Below are positions 1 to 8,257 of a stretch of DNA of 29,589 bases, piece after piece (position 1 is the first letter of the stretch; each line of letters starts with the position of its first letter). Both the position numbers and the translations under genes were made by a program. The stretch is taken from the NCBI GenBank assembly GCA_963845185.1, contig CAWJRG010000004.1:1-29589 (forward strand). The letters run 5' to 3'. The notes beneath the pieces are model-generated. The model saw nothing but the letters and a program-made list of their open reading frames with translations, was not told where the DNA came from and made no database searches. The DNA comes from an uncultured bacterium. GTDB lineage: Bacteria; Oederibacteriota; PGYV01; CAWJRG01.

Positions 1-182
1 TGTAAAGCCGTGGTACTGTAGTCCTCCGACTTCGTCGCTGTTTCAGTGAGAGGGCTTTAAAATATGACATTAAGTCATATTTTAAGCTTTGGAACCTCTC
101 AGCAAGGCTGGATGTTTGATTTTAGTCTGCGTTCATTCAGCCACGGGCAAGCCCGTGGTCTTCTGAACGCATTTCTGATAAA
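1..182 (-). mobile_element. Putative non-autonomous IS200/IS605-type (PATE/REP-like) hairpin element, cut by the window start
   Basis: Hairpin CCACGGGC-AA-GCCCGTGG (141-158) sits inside an outer stem TGCGTTCA/TGAACGCA (128-135/164-171). Half of a related hairpin, AAGCCGTGG, lies at 5-13. There is a long internal stem at 47-101, TTTAT abuts the element on the minus strand (178-182), and no ORF is present. Confidence 0.45.
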
Positions 183-274
183 TTTTCATATAATTTCAGC
201 AAAAATTACCCGAAAAAAACACTAAAAACAGGTTAATACGACTTTTCGCGGCGCAATCGGCGTTAACAAACTTA

Positions 275-303
275 TTGTATTTACCCCCAAAATTGTATAT
301 AAT
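275..303 (+). promoter_or_regulatory. sigma70-type promoter
   Basis: TTGTAT (275-280), 17-bp spacer, TATAAT (298-303), about 30 nt upstream of ATG 336. Confidence 0.65.
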
Positions 304-335
304 CACCCTAAAATCAATTATCAAAGGTGACGATT

Positions 336-1661
336 ATGTCAAACTACAGCAATTACTTTATACAGATGAAAGACGGCACCATCAAGCAAATCAACCCTTT
401 TACAGGCACAGAGGTATGGACAGTGCCGGGAAGGGCATCAAAACCGATTTCAAATGAGGTTCCTGAAACGGCAAAAAAAATAGAAAAAAAGGAAAAGGAA
501 GATTTTTGCAATTTCTGCGAGGCAAAATACCTGAATACACCGCCTGAAAAGGAAAGATTGATAAAGCACGGCAACCAATATATTTCAATTGAAAATATCA
601 AGGCGGGCGAGCTGTTCTCGACTACGCCGGTTTTCAGGAGAATACCCAACCTTTTTGAAATAGTGACGGTTGATTACTGGATTAAAAATTTCGGATATAT
701 CCTGAACGATGAAGAAAAAAAGAACAAAGAAGAATACTGGGCCGACAAGGAAGGAAAAGTCCATGTACTAAATATAATAGACATGAAATTAAAACTGCTG
801 GGCAAAAAACCGGCTGAAGTGCCGGAAAAGGATAAAATGGACCTTTCCGACTCGTTTTTCGGAGGCGGGCATGAGCTTATAGTTGGGCACAAGCATTATA
901 TCGAAGGCGCCGAATACGATACCCAGCTTTTTTCTTCAGGCGAAATGACGCCCGAAGAGCATTTCCAATACTGCAAGTTTACAATAAAAAGCATGAGCGG
1001 TATTTATAATAACAACAAGTATGTGAGGTATATTTCAGTATTCCAGAACTGGCTCAAGCAGGGCGGGGCTTCCTTCGACCACCTGCACAAACAGCTTGTT
1101 GCCATTGACGAATGGGGAGTTTCAATAGAGCGGGAAGTGGACCTTGTAAGGAAAAATCCGAATATTTACAACGAAATGGCGGCGAACCTTGCCTCGTATT
1201 TAAATCTTGTAGTCGCTGAAAACGATTATGCCATTGCTTTTTCAGATATAGGGCACAGGTTTCCAACCATTTCAATATTTTCAAAGAGCGAAAAAGCCCA
1301 TCCGAGTGATTTGGAAGATATCGAACTTAAAGGCTTCTCGGACGTAGTCCACGCCATACACCATGCAATAACCAGCCAGATTGCCTGCAATGAAGAATGG
1401 TATTATACACCGCGCGACTGCGCGGACGTAATGCCCTGGCACATACTTATCAAACTCAGGGTAAACATGCAGGCAGGCTTTGAAGGCGGGACAAAGATTT
1501 ATATAAATCCGATGAACCCGTATGATTTAAGGGACAAAATTATTACCAGGCTGAAAGAGGCAAAAGAAACAGGCAAAATAGAAAAAAACATGCTGATTGG
1601 AGAGGAATGCCAGCCTAAGCCAAACCCTTTAAGATATTTCACACAATATTACAAGGCATAG
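336..1661 (+). CDS. DUF4921-family GalT/HIT-like nucleotidyltransferase
   Basis: N-terminus DGTIKQINPFTGTEVWTVPGR, a CNFC zinc pair and the GalT-like motif GASFDHLHKQ. ATG 336 follows AAAGGTGA; GTG 327 is an alternative start. Confidence 0.8.
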   Translation: MSNYSNYFIQMKDGTIKQINPFTGTEVWTVPGRASKPISNEVPETAKKIEKKEKEDFCNFCEAKYLNTPPEKERLIKHGNQYISIENIKAGELFSTTPVFRRIPNLFEIVTVDYWIKNFGYILNDEEKKNKEEYWADKEGKVHVLNIIDMKLKLLGKKPAEVPEKDKMDLSDSFFGGGHELIVGHKHYIEGAEYDTQLFSSGEMTPEEHFQYCKFTIKSMSGIYNNNKYVRYISVFQNWLKQGGASFDHLHKQLVAIDEWGVSIEREVDLVRKNPNIYNEMAANLASYLNLVVAENDYAIAFSDIGHRFPTISIFSKSEKAHPSDLEDIELKGFSDVVHAIHHAITSQIACNEEWYYTPRDCADVMPWHILIKLRVNMQAGFEGGTKIYINPMNPYDLRDKIITRLKEAKETGKIEKNMLIGEECQPKPNPLRYFTQYYKA

Positions 1662-1670
1662 GAGATAAAA

Positions 1671-2621
1671 ATGAATAGAATTTCAGTATTATTATCAGCC
1701 GGCATATTGATGATGTTTGTTTTTGCATCATGCGATACAACCGACACTTACGTTAAAGACAACACGCAGGATACGGCAAAAGCAGGAGTGAGCACGGACA
1801 ATTCTGCGCAGGCCAACCCTTCGCCGAAAACAGAACAGGCAAAGGCAGAGGAAACACCTGTACAAAATGAAGAAAAAATCGACAACACCACTGTCGCTCT
1901 TATAGGCAAATATGTCCTGACAAGGGAAAAATACAAGACAATCACGGATTACATGAATGAAAAATATGACTATACGCTGACTCCGGAGCAGGAAAAAGAA
2001 TTTCTGGATTTTATAATTAACAAAAAGCTTATGGCGATGGATGCCCGGGAAAAAGGCTATGATAAAAGGAAAGATATCCAGGTTAAATACGAGTGGGATT
2101 TTGACGACCTTCTTTCCCATGCATATTATGTCGAAAACGTTGAAAACAAGGCAAAAGTAACCGAGAATGAAGCAAAGGATTACTACAATAAACACGCCGA
2201 GGATTTCGTCCAGGTAAAAGCATCACATATACTTGTAAAGGACAAAGACGAGGCAGCAAGCCTGTATAAAAGGATCCAGGCAGGCGAAAGTTTTTCCGAT
2301 ATCGCAAAAAAATATTCGATTGACCAGACCACCAAAGACTCGGGCGGAGACCTGGGTTATTTCCAGAAAAATACCATGGTAAAAGAATTTGAAGACGCAG
2401 CTTTTTCCATGTCAAAAGACGACATATCAGAGCCTGTAAAAACAGTTTACGGTTATCACATAATAAAGATACTTGACAGGAAGAATTTTTCATTTGACGA
2501 ATCCAAGGATAAAATAAAAAAAATAATAGAGAATTCAAAAAAACAGGAAATTTTCGACAAGTTAATGGAAAAATTAAAAGCGAAGTACAGTGTTACAACG
2601 CACGAAAACACAATAAAATAA
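1671..2621 (+). CDS. PrsA/SurA-like parvulin (PpiC-type) peptidyl-prolyl isomerase, lipoprotein
   Basis: Lipobox FASC; parvulin motifs VKASHILV, FSDIAKKYSID, GGDLGYF and PVKTVYGYHIIK; RBS AGGAG. Confidence 0.9.
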   Translation: MNRISVLLSAGILMMFVFASCDTTDTYVKDNTQDTAKAGVSTDNSAQANPSPKTEQAKAEETPVQNEEKIDNTTVALIGKYVLTREKYKTITDYMNEKYDYTLTPEQEKEFLDFIINKKLMAMDAREKGYDKRKDIQVKYEWDFDDLLSHAYYVENVENKAKVTENEAKDYYNKHAEDFVQVKASHILVKDKDEAASLYKRIQAGESFSDIAKKYSIDQTTKDSGGDLGYFQKNTMVKEFEDAAFSMSKDDISEPVKTVYGYHIIKILDRKNFSFDESKDKIKKIIENSKKQEIFDKLMEKLKAKYSVTTHENTIK

Positions 2622-2646
2622 ATTACCTCAAAGGGGAGCTTTCAGG

Positions 2647-5001
2647 ATGAAAATAAACAAAAATTTAAAAATGGCGGTTTTATGGCTTGCAGCCGTTGTT
2701 TTTTTTATTTCTTGTGCGCCAAGAAGCGTCCTTAAGACCCCGTCGCTTGTGCTGGAGGAAAAAACAATACCAATCACGGATGACGAGCTTAATTACTGGA
2801 AATCTCTCGCGTCTACATCGGAAAATTCAAATAAAAGGGCGGAAGGAAATTTCTGGATGGGGCAGTATTACTACAATAAAAAGGATTTTGACAATGCGGA
2901 AAAATATTTTTCTTATGACGAAAAATATTACAAGGACTTAAATTGGGGATACCTTGCAATTATGCGCCTGGCAGACATTTACCTTGATAAAAATGACAGA
3001 GAAAACATGGTAAAAAAATTTACAGAACTGCTTGAAAAAAAAGATTCGTTTCCCGACTATAAAAACTCGGTTTCCGGAAAATTAGTTGAGGGATTCGGAG
3101 CCTATAAGGAGGACGAATTAAAAATCCTTTACAACAAACACATAAACGCCTCCGTAGATGAATACGCCTTATACGAACTTTGCAAAAAAGAATTAGCGGT
3201 TAATAATTACGACGACTTTTTACGGCACGCGGGATTTTTCCTGACACAGTTCAAAAACAGCATATTTTTTGGAGAACTGACAAAATCCTACAGCGACACT
3301 ATAAAATTCAGGCCGGTCAATAACAAAAAAATAGGCGTGATTATACCTTTATCGAACCAAAGCATGGACATGGGTACGCTGGTAAAGGACGGGCTTGAAC
3401 TGGCGCTGTCGGAATATAACGAAGGCAAACAGGAGCAGGACAAAATAAAACTTTTTTACATAGACGAGGGAGACGAGGAAAAATTTGAGGCAAGCGTGAT
3501 AAACGCAATAGAAACCGAGAGCGTTATAGCACTGGTAGGGCCGCTTTACAGCAAAACAGTCACAAAACTTCTTCCTATAATAGAAAGGTATAATATAGCG
3601 CTTTTTTCACCTACGGCAGCGTCGCCTGATCTTACGGACAAAAGCGAATATTTTTTCAGGAATTGCTCGACCGCCGAGGGACAGGCATACGCAATCGCTA
3701 AATATATGTCCAGCATTGAAAATTATAAAAATATAGGCGTAATATACCCGGACGATACTTACGGCAGGATAATGGAAAAATTTTTCGCCGAAAAGTTCAA
3801 AAGCAACGGCGGAAGTATAGCCAGGGAATACGATTACGAATCCGGAATAAGCGATTTTCAGAACGCAATTTGTTCGCTTGGCGGGGTAAATACCATATTA
3901 TTCAAGCAGAAAAGGGCTGACGAACAGCTGTATCTCGGCGACAGGATGGATGATGCCGGAAAACAAATTCTTGATAAACTGTACGGATTTTTCAATCTTA
4001 CACCAATAGATGAAAAAGCGCAGCCCACGCCGGACCAGAACAAGCCGATGGAAAAAGTGAAAGTCTCGCTTTTACATTTCGCCACAAGAGGCGATGACGT
4101 GAAAAAGTACAACATAGATACCGACATGACCAATAAACTAAGCTACGCAATAGCAAAAGACAAGCAGATAGGCGTTATAAAGCAGAAAAACATTGACAGC
4201 GTAATGCAGGAAATAGGGGTCGGATACGACGATATTAACAGAGAAACAGCACTGACTATAGCAAGGCAGGTTAAATCAGACGTGGTTGTGTGGGGAAAAA
4301 TAGTCGAGGAAAAGTCCGACACGATATATGCCAATTTCATACCGAATAAACTAACGCTAGACGAAAAAGGCAACACAAAGCTTTCCTACAGTTTCAGCGA
4401 CGATGATTATTTTGTTTTTGATGAGGATTTGTTTGTTATGACCCCATCCGATGAACAGACCATAAATGAGATTTCTTTTGTTTATAAAAAGGTAAAAGAG
4501 CCGAAAACAAACCCGCTGAAACTCGATGCTATTTACATACCTGCCAGCGACCGCACAATGGTATCTATAAGACCCCAGCTAAAATTCTATGACCTGGATT
4601 TGCCTGTTTTCGGGAGCGAATCGCTTGCGAGTAATTATGTAATAAATTACAAGGAGGACGTCACAGGCGTGATATTCCCAACCATATTTTTTGGGGATGA
4701 CAAGGCGGACACGGTACAGAATTTCATGAAAAAATACCAGGAAGCGTACGGGGTTGTCCCGAATATCATGTCAGCCACTTCCTATGATTTGATGAAAATA
4801 ATGTGCGACATACTCACAAACAAGGATAAAAAAATAGATTCAAGAGAGCAGTTTAAAAATGAACTGCTCGGTGTAAAAGATTACATGGGCATAACCGGGA
4901 AATTCTCGTTTTATATCAGGGGAGCGCCTTTAAAGGAATATTACCTTTTGAAGATTGACGAGAGCGGGTTTAAACCGCTGGGAAAGATTATAGGAGATTA
5001 A
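2647..5001 (+). CDS. LpoA/LppC-like lipoprotein (TPR plus type I periplasmic-binding fold) with an internal CsgG/TolB-N-like insertion
   Basis: Lipobox FISC and a TPR-like helical N-terminus. Motifs KIGVIIPLS, ALVGPLYS, DAIYIPA and DYMGITGKFSF are typical of LpoA/LivJ-like folds. Confidence 0.7.
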   Translation: MKINKNLKMAVLWLAAVVFFISCAPRSVLKTPSLVLEEKTIPITDDELNYWKSLASTSENSNKRAEGNFWMGQYYYNKKDFDNAEKYFSYDEKYYKDLNWGYLAIMRLADIYLDKNDRENMVKKFTELLEKKDSFPDYKNSVSGKLVEGFGAYKEDELKILYNKHINASVDEYALYELCKKELAVNNYDDFLRHAGFFLTQFKNSIFFGELTKSYSDTIKFRPVNNKKIGVIIPLSNQSMDMGTLVKDGLELALSEYNEGKQEQDKIKLFYIDEGDEEKFEASVINAIETESVIALVGPLYSKTVTKLLPIIERYNIALFSPTAASPDLTDKSEYFFRNCSTAEGQAYAIAKYMSSIENYKNIGVIYPDDTYGRIMEKFFAEKFKSNGGSIAREYDYESGISDFQNAICSLGGVNTILFKQKRADEQLYLGDRMDDAGKQILDKLYGFFNLTPIDEKAQPTPDQNKPMEKVKVSLLHFATRGDDVKKYNIDTDMTNKLSYAIAKDKQIGVIKQKNIDSVMQEIGVGYDDINRETALTIARQVKSDVVVWGKIVEEKSDTIYANFIPNKLTLDEKGNTKLSYSFSDDDYFVFDEDLFVMTPSDEQTINEISFVYKKVKEPKTNPLKLDAIYIPASDRTMVSIRPQLKFYDLDLPVFGSESLASNYVINYKEDVTGVIFPTIFFGDDKADTVQNFMKKYQEAYGVVPNIMSATSYDLMKIMCDILTNKDKKIDSREQFKNELLGVKDYMGITGKFSFYIRGAPLKEYYLLKIDESGFKPLGKIIGD

Positions 5002-5004
5002 AAA

Positions 5005-6255
5005 ATGAAATATCAAAGGCTGCGCGGAGTTAAGGACGTACTTCCGGCAGATAGTTTTTTATGGGAACACATCATTGTTAAAGCGGTTGAAATACTAAAG
5101 CTTTATAATTATTCAATGATTATAACCCCTACAATGGAAGACGCGGGATTGTTTTCACGCAGCGTAGGCGAAGAAACTGACATAGTGCTTAAGGAGATGT
5201 ATACTTTTAAGGATAAAAAGGAAAGGGATATAGCGCTGCGGCCCGAGGGAACGGCGTCAATAGCCAGGGCTTATATTGAGAACAGCATGGAAGAAAAGTC
5301 CAATTTGTTTTATATCGGGCAGATGTTCAGGTATGAGAAACCGCAGAAGGGCAGGGACAGGGAATTTTACCAGATAGGCGCCGAGAGTTTCGGAGACGCG
5401 ACACCTTATAAGGACGCTGAAATTATAAACCTAGCGAATGATATTTTAAAAAATACGGGTATTTCAGGATATGACATACACATAAACAGCACAGGGTGCG
5501 GGAAATGCAGGCCGGGATATATTGAAAAACTGGAAGAATACCTTAATTCAAAAAAAGAACTGCTTTGCGAAGATTGCCTGAGGAAAATCGAGCGGAAAGC
5601 CTCCATAAGGGTACTTGACTGCAAAAATGAAAAATGCAGGGAAACAATAATTAAGGCGCCTGTAATAACAGATTACCTGTGCGATGAATGCGCAGGGCAT
5701 TATCTGGAACTAAAAAAGGCACTCAATGGCCTGAATCTCAAGTATAATGAAAACCCGCGCATCGTCAGGGGGCTTGACTATTATACAAAAACCGTTTTTG
5801 AATTCATAACAGACAAGCTCGGGCCGCAACAGAATACAATACTTGCGGGCGGCAGGTATGACGACCTTATCCATGAACTTGGCGGGAAGCAAACACCTGC
5901 CACGGGATTTGCGACAGGGATTGAAAGAATGGCTGAAGTAATAAAAGCGGACAATAAGGCGCCTGAGGAAAAACCCATGGACGCTTTTATAATCGTGGAC
6001 GGCAAGTATATAGACGCTGGGTTTTCCATTTTAAACAAACTACGCACCAGCGGCATAAAGGCATCCATGAATTTTGAAGCAAAAAGTTTCAAGTCTCAGA
6101 TGAGGGAAGCAAACAATAAAAAGGCAAGATACGCGCTGATAATAGGCGAAAACGAGGCAAAATCAGGAAAAATAAGCGTTAAAAACATGGCTGACGGCGC
6201 GCAGCAGGAAACTGATTTTGATACTGCAGTTAAACAAATAAAAAAGGCTGACTGA
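5005..6255 (+). CDS. hisS: Histidine--tRNA ligase
   Basis: Motifs LRPEGTA, MFRYEKPQKGRDREFYQIG, IVRGLDYY and GGRYDDL. Confidence 0.97.
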   Translation: MKYQRLRGVKDVLPADSFLWEHIIVKAVEILKLYNYSMIITPTMEDAGLFSRSVGEETDIVLKEMYTFKDKKERDIALRPEGTASIARAYIENSMEEKSNLFYIGQMFRYEKPQKGRDREFYQIGAESFGDATPYKDAEIINLANDILKNTGISGYDIHINSTGCGKCRPGYIEKLEEYLNSKKELLCEDCLRKIERKASIRVLDCKNEKCRETIIKAPVITDYLCDECAGHYLELKKALNGLNLKYNENPRIVRGLDYYTKTVFEFITDKLGPQQNTILAGGRYDDLIHELGGKQTPATGFATGIERMAEVIKADNKAPEEKPMDAFIIVDGKYIDAGFSILNKLRTSGIKASMNFEAKSFKSQMREANNKKARYALIIGENEAKSGKISVKNMADGAQQETDFDTAVKQIKKAD

Positions 6256-7262
6256 TGGCAAGGCCCAGGATAGCTATAACAGCGGGCGACGCGGCAGGCA
6301 TAGGCCCGGAAATAATAGTTAAAATGTTTTTAAACCAGTACATTTATAAATACGCGGATATATTCGTAATAGGGGACCTTTTCCCAATGCTTTCAGCACA
6401 AAGAAGAATAAGCAAAAAAATAGCAATCAAGCCGGTTCTTGACATTAAAAAATTATCAAGGGATAAAGGCATAATAAACCTGCTTGATTTAAAAATACTG
6501 AAATCAAATGACGTTGTTCTGGGCAGGGCGCAGGCAAAAGCAGGCAAGGCATCTTTTTTTTACATTCAAAAAGCAATTTCACTTGCAATGCAAAAAAAAA
6601 TTGACGCGATCGTTACGGCACCGATAAACAAGCATTCACTTCACATGGCTGGAATCAAATACCCCGGGCATACCGAGATACTCGCGAAATTTACAAAAAC
6701 AAAAAAATATGCAATGATGCTATTGAGCGATGAATTAAAAGTGGTGCTTGTCACAATTCATGAGGCAATAAAAAACGTGCCTGGCTTAATAACGAGAAAA
6801 GCGGTTTTTGACACAATTAAATTAACCCATGACAGCCTGCGCCGAGATTTTGGTATAGCAAAACCTAGAATAGCAGTTGTAGGACTGAACCCGCACGCCG
6901 GAGAATCAGGAGCGTTCGGCAATGAAGAGGCCAGGATAATTACACCCGCTATAAAACATGCGCAAAAAGCAGGCATAAATGCCGAAGGCCCGTTTCCACC
7001 TGACACGATATTTCACAAAGTGGTGAAATACAAAATACACGACGCTGTAATTGCGATGTACCATGACCAGGGGCTGATACCGCTTAAACTGACAGGGTTT
7101 GAAAACGGGGTAAACGTCACCCTGGGCCTTCCAATAGTCCGCACTTCGCCTGATCACGGAACAGCGTACGACATAGCAGGGACAGGAAAAGCCGGGGAAT
7201 CCTCCATATTATCCGCTTTAAAGGTGGCAATTGAAATTGCGCAAAACAGAAAAAAGATTTAA
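6255..7262 (+). CDS. pdxA: 4-hydroxythreonine-4-phosphate dehydrogenase PdxA
   Basis: Motifs GDAAGIGPE, TAPINK, GHTE, GLNPHAGE, MYHDQGL and RTSPDHGTAYDIAG; TGATG overlap with hisS. Confidence 0.95.
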   Translation: MARPRIAITAGDAAGIGPEIIVKMFLNQYIYKYADIFVIGDLFPMLSAQRRISKKIAIKPVLDIKKLSRDKGIINLLDLKILKSNDVVLGRAQAKAGKASFFYIQKAISLAMQKKIDAIVTAPINKHSLHMAGIKYPGHTEILAKFTKTKKYAMMLLSDELKVVLVTIHEAIKNVPGLITRKAVFDTIKLTHDSLRRDFGIAKPRIAVVGLNPHAGESGAFGNEEARIITPAIKHAQKAGINAEGPFPPDTIFHKVVKYKIHDAVIAMYHDQGLIPLKLTGFENGVNVTLGLPIVRTSPDHGTAYDIAGTGKAGESSILSALKVAIEIAQNRKKI

Positions 7263-8073
7263 ATACAAAAAACGCCTGGGTCAGAATTTTTTATACCAGA
7301 AAAACATAATCCTTCAAATAATTTCAAAAATAAACCCGTCTCCTGAAGATGTTATGCTGGAAATAGGAGCGGGCTCAGGATACCTTACGCAGGAACTTGC
7401 AGGAAAGATAAAAAAACTTTATGCCGTGGAAATAGATAAAGAGGCTTTTGCAATACTGGAGGAAAAATTTAAAGGCAGGGATGATATAGACCTTATTAAT
7501 GCCGACTTTATGAAATTGGATATCAGAAAGATAATTTCAAATTCCGGATTTCGGATTCCAAATTTAAAAGTAATAGGCAATATACCCTATTATATAACTG
7601 CTCCCATAATTGAAAAACTTATCGAAAACAGGGATGTTGTAGGAAAAGCATATTTAACCGTGCAAAAGGAAGTGGGGGACAGGATTACGGCAAAGGAAAA
7701 AAGCAAGATATACGGCAGTTTAAGCATTTTTGTGCAGTTCTATTCAGACGCAAAAATACTTTTCAGGATAAACCGCGGGAATTTTTTTCCCGTGCCTGAC
7801 GTGGATTCTGCTTTAATTGAAATCGATTTTGACAAGAAAGAAAAGATACAGGTAAAAGACGAGCAGGTGTTTTTTAAAATCGTAAGGGCGGGATTTTCCC
7901 AGAGAAGAAAAATGTTTATTAAAAATTTGAAAAGAGAGTTTAAAATCAATGAAGAAGAAATTAAAGCGGCATTAAACCATTTAAGAATAGACGGGAAGGC
8001 AAGGGCCGAAGATATATCGATATTAAATTTTGCAAAACTGAGCGATATATTGTATAATAAAATTAGTCATTGA
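7231..8073 (+). CDS. rsmA: 16S rRNA m6,2A1518/1519 dimethyltransferase (KsgA)
   Basis: Motifs KKRLGQNFL, LEIGAGSG, GNIPYYIT, FFPVPDVDS and FSQRRK; conserved pdxA-rsmA order. The TTG start overlaps pdxA, so the exact start is uncertain. Confidence 0.95.
   Translation: MKLRKTEKRFKYKKRLGQNFLYQKNIILQIISKINPSPEDVMLEIGAGSGYLTQELAGKIKKLYAVEIDKEAFAILEEKFKGRDDIDLINADFMKLDIRKIISNSGFRIPNLKVIGNIPYYITAPIIEKLIENRDVVGKAYLTVQKEVGDRITAKEKSKIYGSLSIFVQFYSDAKILFRINRGNFFPVPDVDSALIEIDFDKKEKIQVKDEQVFFKIVRAGFSQRRKMFIKNLKREFKINEEEIKAALNHLRIDGKARAEDISILNFAKLSDILYNKISH
7533..7567 (+). repeat. Five degenerate heptamers (consensus RATTYCR) within rsmA
   Basis: aatttca-aattccg-gatttcg-gattcca-aatttaa in 7-bp register. 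Confidence 0.5.
8030..8058 (+). promoter_or_regulatory. sigma70-type promoter for glmS inside the rsmA 3' end
   Basis: TTGCAA (8030-8035), 17-bp spacer, TATAAT (8053-8058). Confidence 0.6.
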
Positions 8074-8098
8074 ATATCAACGCAATTAGCATGGTTTT

Positions 8099-8229
8099 CC
8101 CTCTCCCTAGACGGGAGAAGGTTAGGGTGAAGAAGCGGCGGAAACTGAAGCATGAATGTTAAGTATGAAGCTTAAATACAGCCACTGCATCACCCCCATC
8201 CTGTCCTTCCCCCGTCTGGGGCGAAGGGA
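8099..8229. repeat. REP-like inverted doublet, copy 1
   Basis: Unit ccctctccctagacgggagaaggttagggtga (8099-8130) and inverted unit tcacccccatcctgtccttcccccgtctggggcgaaggga (8190-8229); same family as 26058-26245. Confidence 0.7.
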
Positions 8230-8257
8230 TTATTAGGTGAAATTAAGGAGACAAAAC

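Noticed and set aside
8060..8257. glmS ribozyme in the glmS leader
   Set aside because: The core AGCGCC...GACGAGG elements are not visible; the structure is explained by the REP-like doublet.
8237..8257. Upstream GTG start for glmS
   Set aside because: GlmS needs an N-terminal Cys, and the RBS supports GTG 8258.
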